From Cellvibrionaceae bacterium (GTDB lineage: Bacteria > Pseudomonadota > Gammaproteobacteria > Pseudomonadales > Cellvibrionaceae), in assembly GCA_050289485.1 (NCBI GenBank), contig JBNKFV010000029.1, positions 21,810-61,809 on the forward strand: 40,000 bases of DNA, written 5' to 3'. Of this stretch, positions 1-7,675 are shown piece after piece (position 1 is the first letter of the stretch; every line of letters begins with the position of its first letter). Position numbers and translations under genes: made by a program. The notes beneath the pieces were generated by a model. That model searched no databases and had not been told where the DNA came from. It worked only from the letters and a program-made list of their open reading frames with translations.

Positions 1-1248
1 GACCCGCGCATTATTACCGCCGCTTCTGGCCGCTATTACACCAGCGCCGACGGGCGGCAGATATTTGATGGCCTTTCCGGTTTATGGACCTGTGGTGCCG
101 GGCACAATGTGGCGCAAATCAACGAGGCCGTGTCGAAACAAATAGCAACGCTCGACTATTGCCCGGCGTTTCAGTTTGGTCATCCGCAAGCGTTTGAGCT
201 GGCGCACCGTATTACCGACTTTATGCCGGCGGGTTTAAACCGCGTTTTCTTTACCGGTTCGGGCTCCGAATCGGTGGAGACTGCCTTAAAAATTGCCCGC
301 GCCTATTGGCGTAAAGCCGGGCAGCCAACAAAAACCAAATTGATTGGCCGTATTAAGGGTTACCACGGGGTAAACTTTGGCGGCATCAGTGTGGGCGGCA
401 TTGTAGGTAACCGTGCGTTGTTTGGGCAGGGGCTCGATACCGATCACCTTAGTCATACACAGATTCCAGACAATGCTTTTAGTCGCGGTATGCCTGAGCA
501 TGGCGCAGAGTTGGCGAACCAGTTGCTGGAGCTAATCAGTTTACACGATGCCAGCAATATCGCTGCCGTTATTGTTGAGCCCATGTCGGGTTCGGCAGGT
601 GTGATACCGCCACCCAAAGGTTATTTGCAACGCCTGCGCGAGATCTGTACGCAGCATAATATTCTGTTGATATTCGACGAGGTGATCACGGGCTTTGGGC
701 GCGTGGGCAGCAACACTGGTGCGGAAGCATTTGGTGTAACGCCCGATATTATGACGCTTGCCAAACAGCTCACCAATGGCGCTGTTCCCATGGGGGCCGT
801 CGTGGTGCGCCAGGAAATTTACGATACGTTTATGCAAACCGGTGGCCCGGATTACGCGTTGGAGTTTCCGCACGGGTATACCTATTCGGCCCACCCGGTG
901 GCCTGCGCGGCGGGCTTGGCGTCGCTGAATTTACTCGAAAGTGAAGACTTAATCGGGCGTTCAAATGCGATGGCGCCAGTACTGGAAAATGCAGTACACC
1001 AATTAAAAGGGCTGCCCCATATCACCGACATTCGAAACTGTGGTTTGGCCGCGGGCATTACTTTGGAAGCCGCACCCGGTGAGCCATTGCTGCGCCCGTT
1101 TCAAGTCGCCATGCGCATGTGGGAGAAAGGTTTTTACGTGCGTTACGGTGGCGATACGGTGCAAATGGGCTTGCCATTTACGGTAACCAACGACGAAATT
1201 GATACGCTGATCTCTGCACTGGGTGACAGCATTAACGCTACGAATTAA
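1..1248 (+). CDS. Class-III (omega) aminotransferase of the beta-alanine/omega-amino-acid:pyruvate type. The 5' end lies outside the window.
   Basis: Frame 1 is open from base 1 (DPRIITAASGRYYTSADGRQIFDGLSGLWTCGAGH...), so the listed GTG at 109 is internal. Class-III PLP-enzyme motifs are present: FTGSGSESVE, LLIFDEVITGFGR, and the PLP-lysine context DIMTLAKQLTNG. It is followed 12 nt later by a semialdehyde dehydrogenase. Confidence 0.85.
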   Translation, partial: DPRIITAASGRYYTSADGRQIFDGLSGLWTCGAGHNVAQINEAVSKQIATLDYCPAFQFGHPQAFELAHRITDFMPAGLNRVFFTGSGSESVETALKIARAYWRKAGQPTKTKLIGRIKGYHGVNFGGISVGGIVGNRALFGQGLDTDHLSHTQIPDNAFSRGMPEHGAELANQLLELISLHDASNIAAVIVEPMSGSAGVIPPPKGYLQRLREICTQHNILLIFDEVITGFGRVGSNTGAEAFGVTPDIMTLAKQLTNGAVPMGAVVVRQEIYDTFMQTGGPDYALEFPHGYTYSAHPVACAAGLASLNLLESEDLIGRSNAMAPVLENAVHQLKGLPHITDIRNCGLAAGITLEAAPGEPLLRPFQVAMRMWEKGFYVRYGGDTVQMGLPFTVTNDEIDTLISALGDSINATN

Positions 1249-1260
1249 AGGTGAACTTCG

Positions 1261-2769
1261 ATGAATACCGTCGCACATTTTATTAACGGCTCTATTAGCC
1301 TGGGTGAGTCTGCAGAGAGTGCAAGCCCGCGTACGCAAAGCGTGTTTAACCCCGCTACTGGCGAAGTCTCCAAGCAGGTGGCCTTGGCTGGTAAGGCTAC
1401 TGTGGAAGAAGCCATTGCGTCGGCCAATGCGGCTTTTCCGGCTTGGCGAGATACCCCGCCCATTAAACGCGCGCGAATCATGTTCCGTTTTAAAGAATTG
1501 CTGGAAACGCATGCCGACGAAATTGCCGCATTGATCAGCGAAGAGCATGGCAAGATTCATCACGATGCATTGGGTGAGTTCGCCCGTGGTGTTGAAGTGG
1601 TGGAATACGCGTGTGCTGCGCCAGAATTACTCAAAGGTGAGTTCAGTAAAAACGCTGGCCCCGACATTGATTCGTGGAGTGATTTTCAGCCGCTGGGGGT
1701 GGTGGCAGGCATTACACCGTTTAATTTTCCGGCCATGGTGCCCATGTGGATGTTTCCCATGGCATTGGCCTGTGGCAACACGTTTGTATTAAAACCTTCA
1801 GAGCGTGATCCGTCGGCATCGCTGCGCATTGCTGAGCTACTCAAAGAAGCAGGGTTGCCCGATGGGGTATTCAACGTTGTGAATGGCGATAAAGAAGCCG
1901 TTGATACGTTACTGCATGACAAGCGCGTGCAGGCGGTGTCGTTCGTGGGGTCTACCGCGATTGCAAAATATATTTACGCTACTGCTGCTGCCAATGGCAA
2001 GCGCGTACAGGCGCTGGGTGGTGCCAAAAACCACGCGATTGTGATGCCCGATGCCGATATAGACAATGCCGTGAGTGCATTGATGGGTGCGGCGTATGGT
2101 TCTTGTGGCGAACGCTGCATGGCCATCTCGGTCGTGGTTGCTGTGGGTGATGACACCGCCGATGCCTTGGTGGACAAACTGCGCGAGCAATTGGCGACGT
2201 TGAAAGTAGGGCCGGGCACCGACAACAACAACGAAATGGGGCCATTAATTACCCAGCAGCATTTCGACAAGGTAAAAGGTTACATTGCCTCGGGCGTTGA
2301 AGAGGGCGCACAGTTGGTAGTGGATGGCCGCACGCTGAAAGTAGCTGGTTATGAAACCGGTTATTTTCTTGGCGGTACCTTGTTTGATCATGTTTCATCG
2401 GCGATGAAAATTTACCGCGAAGAAATCTTTGGACCGGTGTTGTGCGTTGTGCGTGTAAAAACCATGGAAGAGGCGATGCAACTGATCAACGATCATGAAT
2501 ACGGCAATGGTACGTGCATTTTTACCCGCGATGGTGAAGCCGCACGTTATTTTAGTGATCGCATTCAGGTAGGCATGGTGGGTATTAACGTGCCGCTGCC
2601 AGTACCGGTGGCGTACCACAGTTTTGGTGGCTGGAAAAATTCATTGTTTGGCGATTTACATGCGTACGGCCCCGATGGCGTACGTTTCTATACCCGCCGT
2701 AAAACCGTTACCCAGCGCTGGCCCTCTAGCGGCGTGCGCGAAGGTAAGCACTATTCGTTTCCTAGTTAG
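1261..2769 (+). CDS. mmsA: CoA-acylating methylmalonate/malonate-semialdehyde dehydrogenase
   Basis: 502-aa aldehyde dehydrogenase fold. It has [28 protein letters not shown], the catalytic Cys context GSCGERCMA, and the C-terminal [25 protein letters not shown] typical of MMSDH. It is paired with the transaminase upstream. Confidence 0.9.
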   Translation: MNTVAHFINGSISLGESAESASPRTQSVFNPATGEVSKQVALAGKATVEEAIASANAAFPAWRDTPPIKRARIMFRFKELLETHADEIAALISEEHGKIHHDALGEFARGVEVVEYACAAPELLKGEFSKNAGPDIDSWSDFQPLGVVAGITPFNFPAMVPMWMFPMALACGNTFVLKPSERDPSASLRIAELLKEAGLPDGVFNVVNGDKEAVDTLLHDKRVQAVSFVGSTAIAKYIYATAAANGKRVQALGGAKNHAIVMPDADIDNAVSALMGAAYGSCGERCMAISVVVAVGDDTADALVDKLREQLATLKVGPGTDNNNEMGPLITQQHFDKVKGYIASGVEEGAQLVVDGRTLKVAGYETGYFLGGTLFDHVSSAMKIYREEIFGPVLCVVRVKTMEEAMQLINDHEYGNGTCIFTRDGEAARYFSDRIQVGMVGINVPLPVPVAYHSFGGWKNSLFGDLHAYGPDGVRFYTRRKTVTQRWPSSGVREGKHYSFPS

Positions 2770-3144
2770 TGCCCACGCTCACGAGGTAAGGTTAGTTGTG
2801 GCAAGGCAAGTAAATAGCCACGGTCAATCAGTCGGTAAACTGGTTTGCCGTGCTTCCTTGTTTTAAGCGGTTTAATATGACTGGCTTGCTAAAATAAAAC
2901 CCTTACCCGGTTTCGCAGTGTCATTGTTGGAGAATATTCAGTTGCTCCTGTGTTTCTATACCTTCTGACTATAGGCTATATTTTTAAACTTCATGCAGTC
3001 TTGGCTGGGCTTTCTATCTGTTCAGTGCCTTGAAAAACCAGCAAATGAACAAGACACTGATATTTTGGCTTGGAGAAAATCAGTCTACACTGTAACCAGG
3101 CAGCATTGATGTGTTGGTTTAAGGGGAATTCGCGGGGAGTGTAA

Positions 3145-6100
3145 GTGGCAGCAATCGAAAGGCAGGTGAGCAGATTTGGCGTTGGCCTGATCGTCGCAGT
3201 AATATTTTTTCTCGTGCTGTCGGTGGCACTTTATTCGTTCACTAAGCAGAGTGTCGAGCATGAGGTTCATGCTAATCAACTGGCTGAGCTGGAAGCCAAA
3301 AAACAGTTGATTGTAGCGCGTTTTAACGAGGGCTATAAAGAGGTTGTTTTTCTGTCTAAGGTGCCGCCGGTTGATGGCATTATTCGGGCTACGAAGAACC
3401 AGGGCGTCGACCCTTATGATAAAACCTCTCTCGACGAATGGAAGCGCCGTTTAGAAACCATCTTTCATGCCTACATCCAGTCGCATCCCAGTATTCGCCA
3501 GATTCGCTATATAGGCTATGCCAATGATGGCCTGGAGTTGGTGCGTGTAGAGCGTGAGCAGGGCGCGATTGTTATCGTGCCTGAGCGCAAGCTGCAGGCA
3601 AAAGGAAACCGTAGCTATTTTAAAGAAATAGCAGAACTCGATACTAACAGCCTTTATATTTCTGACTTAGAGCTCAACAAAGAGCACGGCAAGATTCAGT
3701 ATCCGGCATGGCCAACCTACCGTGTTGCCATGAATATTGTTGACGAAAGTTTGCAGCCCTTTGGCTTTGTGATTATTAATTATGATGCGACAGACTTGCT
3801 CGATAGCATCGACGATAGCGAGCAGGGTTACTTCACCTATTTGTTGAATAACAACGAGCAATTTTTACTGCATCACATGCCTGAGTGGGGGTTTGCTTTT
3901 GAAGAGCATGATCGGGCTGGCTGGGGAGATTATTTCTCCAATGCGTTGGTAATGGATTCTACCCAATTCAGTACCACCGTATCTCCAACGGGCGTTGTAA
4001 AACGTTACAGTAGTACCCGTTTAAATGGTCGTTATGCTGGAGGTAAACCGCTCATTCTGGTGGAAAGTATTCCGCAAAATTCGCTGAATAAAATTGTATT
4101 TGATCGCTATATCACTGGGCAAATTGTGTTGCTGGCAGCGTTTTCCATTGCGTTTACTGTTATTTATTTTTACCACCGAGCCTTGATGGAAGGGGTAAAC
4201 CGAAGTCGGCTAACCAAAAAATATCAGGCAATCTTTACCGGTGCACGCGATGCTATTTTAATTTTTGACGGAAAACGGAAGCTGGTTGACGCCAATACGG
4301 CAGCCTTGCAACTTTTTGACCTGTCGCCGACTGCGTTATACGAGGCTAGCTTTAGTCATTTGTTTGGTGATGATGCGTCAACGGTTCGCGATTTACTGGC
4401 AATTTCCCAGGCCGGCGCTTTTACAAGCGAGCAGGAAATGACGATAGGCACAGCAGAGAATGCTCGTATTATTACCATTGCCTTCAGTCAAATTGAGGCA
4501 GATAAAAAAGCAGACTATCACTACGTATGCATTGCTTGTGATGTGACCGACGAACGTGAAGCATCGCAATTAATTGCGAGCACCAATGAGCGTTTGCAGA
4601 TTGAAGTGGAAGCCCGTACCCAAGAGCTTGAAGCCGCCGTAGATCGTGCAGAGCTTGCTACGAAAACCAAAAGTCAATTTCTTGCCAGCATGAGTCACGA
4701 AATTCGAACACCCATGAATGGGGTGTTTGGCATGCTGAATCTGATGCGTCGCGACCCCTTGAGCAAGCGTCAGCTGCGTAATCTGGAGATGGCCGAAGCC
4801 AGCGTGCGTTCGCTAACCGAATTAGTCAACGATATTCTTGATATTTCAAAAATTGAAGCCGGTAAGCTGGATATTGAGACCGCTCAATTTGATTTATGCA
4901 AATTGCTACATTCGTGTGCCACATCGTGCTCGATATTGTTGGCAGATAAACCGGTACTTTTTTTGGTAGATATCAGCGATATCGAGCATGGTTGGGTGCT
5001 GGCTGATTCTAATCGCATTCGCCAGATTATTAACAACCTTTTGGGCAATGCGATTAAATTTACCAGCTTTGGTGAAGTGCGCTTGTACGCCAGTACTCGC
5101 AAAGAAGAGGATGGATCTATCACGCTTTATTGTAGTGTGTCTGATACCGGCGTAGGTATTTCGTCGGAAAAACTGCCCACATTATTTAGCGCGTTTGTAC
5201 AAGAAGATATTGCCACGGCACGTAATTACGGTGGTACAGGCTTAGGCTTGTCTATCTGTAAGCAGTTGTGTGACTTAATGGGGGGGAGTATCGAAGCCAA
5301 GAGCGTGAAAGGTATGGGCAGTATGTTCAGCTTTACACTTCCGCTGCAGTTGCCAAGTAATAGCACGCGTGATGTAAGTTTGCATTCGGCTGAGCCAACC
5401 CGAGTAGCGCTGGCGCTAGATGTAGAGTCATTGCTATCTGTCGTAAACAAAGTATTCAACACATTTGGCCACCAAGTGGAGGAGCTTACCTTTGATCAAC
5501 TGATTCGTGATTTGTCTGGCCACGCCCTCGACGATTTTTATGTGGTGGCAGCTGATTCCCGCATGTATCAGAAGTACGCGGCGCAATTTGAAAAGTACCG
5601 CGCTATGCGCGAAACGCCTTTATTGCTCTTGCTGGTGAATCAAGAATATCAAACGAAAGACAACGATCTTGATGCTAGTAAATTGCCTGCTCATACCCTG
5701 GTACTGGAAACGCCAGTATCGCTGGTGAGTATTGCTGCTGGGTTGAATGCCATGGACTCGGACCGTTTTTGGTTTGAAAGCCAGCGTGTGGGAGCTGATG
5801 CCACTGAAAGGCCTAGTTACGACTTAACAGGCAAAAGCATGCTAGTGGTTGATGATCATCACATTAACCGCGAGGTAATGCGCGGTATTTTGGAAGACTG
5901 CGGCGCGCTAGTGGTTGATGCAAAAGATGGTCAAGAAGCGCTCGATATTTTGTCTTTGCATGAACACAACGATCCGTTTGATCTGGTATTTATGGATTGC
6001 CAAATGCCGGTTATGGATGGGTACCAAGCCACTCGTGCTATTCGCGAAAGTGTTGCGGGCGCGGGCAACAAAGATATACCGATTGTTGCGGTCACGGCGG

Positions 6101-6672
6101 CTGCGATGAGTAACGAGCGTAAGCGCTGTTTCGATGTGGGTATGGACGATTACCTAAGCAAGCCAGTCGACCCGGTTAATCTTTATGCGGTATTAAAAAA
6201 ATGGGTGCCAGACAACGTTTTAGCATCAACAGATGACGCTGTAGATTACGTTGTAAAAGAGGAGAGCGCCACTGAGCCTGTTGCGCCTTTGAAACATGAG
6301 CAGCAGGAGGGTAACGAACTCTTGTGGGATCGAGACGGTGCATTGGCCAGGCTTGGCGGGCGCGAAAATCTGTTTGCCAGGGTGGCGACCATTTATTTGG
6401 AAACTTCACCTCAGGTGGTCAGTGATCTTAATGAAGCTGTGGTTGATGACAATGGTGTTGCCATTAAAAGTGCGGCTCATAGTCTTAAAGGTATTTCTGC
6501 CAGCATTGGGGCAATGCGTGTGGCGGCCTACGCGCGAAAGATGGAAGAGTTATTGGAAAGTGGCACTGTCGCAGAAAGAGCTGCCGTGATGGAAAAGCTG
6601 AATACCCATTATCATGAGGTGATGGCGCTGTTGTCAGCGCAGGGTTTGTCCTCGATGGAGGCACTTGATTAA
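3145..6672 (+). CDS. Hybrid sensor histidine kinase (periplasmic sensor, PAS, HisKA-HATPase, degenerate receiver-like linker, receiver, HPt)
   Basis: GTG start. Domain order: TM helix LIVAVIFFLVLSVALYSF, a roughly 300-aa extracytoplasmic segment, second TM IVLLAAFSIAFTVIYFY, coiled coil, H-box SHEIRTPMNG, N-box NLLGNAIKFT, G-boxes DTGVGI and GGTGLGLSI, receiver (MLVVDDHHINRE..DLVFMDCQMPVMDG..SKP), HPt (AAHSLKGISASIGA). Confidence 0.9.
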   Translation: MAAIERQVSRFGVGLIVAVIFFLVLSVALYSFTKQSVEHEVHANQLAELEAKKQLIVARFNEGYKEVVFLSKVPPVDGIIRATKNQGVDPYDKTSLDEWKRRLETIFHAYIQSHPSIRQIRYIGYANDGLELVRVEREQGAIVIVPERKLQAKGNRSYFKEIAELDTNSLYISDLELNKEHGKIQYPAWPTYRVAMNIVDESLQPFGFVIINYDATDLLDSIDDSEQGYFTYLLNNNEQFLLHHMPEWGFAFEEHDRAGWGDYFSNALVMDSTQFSTTVSPTGVVKRYSSTRLNGRYAGGKPLILVESIPQNSLNKIVFDRYITGQIVLLAAFSIAFTVIYFYHRALMEGVNRSRLTKKYQAIFTGARDAILIFDGKRKLVDANTAALQLFDLSPTALYEASFSHLFGDDASTVRDLLAISQAGAFTSEQEMTIGTAENARIITIAFSQIEADKKADYHYVCIACDVTDEREASQLIASTNERLQIEVEARTQELEAAVDRAELATKTKSQFLASMSHEIRTPMNGVFGMLNLMRRDPLSKRQLRNLEMAEASVRSLTELVNDILDISKIEAGKLDIETAQFDLCKLLHSCATSCSILLADKPVLFLVDISDIEHGWVLADSNRIRQIINNLLGNAIKFTSFGEVRLYASTRKEEDGSITLYCSVSDTGVGISSEKLPTLFSAFVQEDIATARNYGGTGLGLSICKQLCDLMGGSIEAKSVKGMGSMFSFTLPLQLPSNSTRDVSLHSAEPTRVALALDVESLLSVVNKVFNTFGHQVEELTFDQLIRDLSGHALDDFYVVAADSRMYQKYAAQFEKYRAMRETPLLLLLVNQEYQTKDNDLDASKLPAHTLVLETPVSLVSIAAGLNAMDSDRFWFESQRVGADATERPSYDLTGKSMLVVDDHHINREVMRGILEDCGALVVDAKDGQEALDILSLHEHNDPFDLVFMDCQMPVMDGYQATRAIRESVAGAGNKDIPIVAVTAAAMSNERKRCFDVGMDDYLSKPVDPVNLYAVLKKWVPDNVLASTDDAVDYVVKEESATEPVAPLKHEQQEGNELLWDRDGALARLGGRENLFARVATIYLETSPQVVSDLNEAVVDDNGVAIKSAAHSLKGISASIGAMRVAAYARKMEELLESGTVAERAAVMEKLNTHYHEVMALLSAQGLSSMEALD

Positions 6673-6744
6673 TGGCCCCGGATTAGTTGTGCTAGTACAA
6701 CTCTGCCGTTGAATATATGCTCAAGAAGAACGGCACATTCCTCA

Positions 6745-7206
6745 CTAAAATATTTTGAAAATTTCTTTAAAGGTATCTTTGGTAAACACAGATTGCTTTT
6801 TCAGACCAACCACCCGAAAGTAGGTGACCACGTAATCGGCTGGGTCTACGTGGCAGTAGATGTAAGCGTTTTTGTATACCTGCAGGGTGCCTACATGGGC
6901 GAATAGGGTAACCAGGTACTCTTGACGGCGCTCTTCAAACCGTGATGAGTGCCAGTCGGTTTGCGTGCGCACCAGCTCGTTGCCCAAATTGAGTTTGGAT
7001 TTATCTTCACACACATCAATAGCGTCGTTCAGATCAAATGGAATATACGTAAAGTTGCGCCCAGCGAAGCGATCCACAGGCTTTGCCTTAGGCTGATAAT
7101 AGGTGGAAAAATACACCGTTAATGCGCTGGCTGAAATCACCATCGCCGCTGCAAGGCTTACGTATACACCGGTGGGCCAGTGCTGTGGATTCAACCAGCG
7201 AGGCAC
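6745..7206 (-). CDS. Hypothetical membrane-anchored protein, putatively controlled by a c-di-GMP riboswitch
   Basis: This is the only long ORF downstream of riboswitch A on the minus strand. The start is ambiguous: TTG at 7239 (ORF-track start), or GTG at 7206, which lies 4 nt after the stop of an 18-codon uORF. It has one hydrophobic anchor (GVYVSLAAAMVISASALTVYF). I recognise no family. Confidence 0.6.
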   Translation of the reverse strand: MPRWLNPQHWPTGVYVSLAAAMVISASALTVYFSTYYQPKAKPVDRFAGRNFTYIPFDLNDAIDVCEDKSKLNLGNELVRTQTDWHSSRFEERRQEYLVTLFAHVGTLQVYKNAYIYCHVDPADYVVTYFRVVGLKKQSVFTKDTFKEIFKIF

Positions 7207-7350
7207 GGTATTAGCCCTCAGCTGCCAGGCTGACCACAAGAAAAGAAGTGAGTAAACGTGTGTTCATGTTTGCCTACCACCTGTCAAAACAACATTAGCA
7301 TTGTGTTGAACCGGCAGTCGCTGCTCGCGGGCAGGTGTGGCCAGGCACAA

Positions 7351-7433
7351 CTCCATTCGGTAACCGTTCGACCCACCACATAGCGATGGGCACTGGCTTT
7401 GCGTCCCCGCGTTACCACGGGTTTGCCTTTTCG
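7351..7433 (-). promoter_or_regulatory. c-di-GMP-I (GEMM-I) riboswitch aptamer, copy A
   Basis: The minus strand reads CGAAAAGGCAAAC-CCCGUG-GUAA-CGCGGG-GACGCAAAGCC-AGUGCCCAUCGCUAUGUGGUGGGUCGAACGG-UUACCGAAUGGAG. All conserved GEMM-I blocks are present in the correct order: GGCAAAC, a GNRA-capped hairpin, GGGACGCAAAGCC, P2, GGUUACCGAWGG. Confidence 0.85.
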
Positions 7434-7604
7434 AGGAGCAGGCAGAGCCTTCTCATTCGAAAGTATTGCATGTAACTGGTTAAAAAGTGTGAACTAGAGC
7501 ACGCTCTGTGTCAATTGCTATGACAGCATTTTGCGCCAATTTTTGCCGATATTTTAGCCAGTGAGGTGCCTCAGGCTCCTAAACACTAGCTGTGGCTTTG
7601 TAGT

Positions 7605-7637
7605 CTCCGGTGCAGGCTACGCAGCCTGTCACCGGAG
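7605..7637 (-). terminator. GC-rich hairpin downstream of gcvP (terminator-like, no clear U-tract)
   Basis: CTCCGGTG-CAGGCT-acgc-AGCCTG-t-CACCGGAG is a nested perfect 8+6 bp stem about 39 nt after the gcvP stop. Neither strand has a T-run after it, so an intrinsic-terminator function is uncertain. Confidence 0.4.
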
Positions 7638-7675
7638 TAGAGCGACTTGAGTTCACGAAATCTCTGGTACGCCTG

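Noticed and set aside
1003-1563. 186-aa and 102-aa minus-strand ORFs spanning the aminotransferase/mmsA junction.
   Set aside because: They are antisense shadows of two well-supported plus-strand genes and have Arg/Ser/Cys-rich low-complexity translations.
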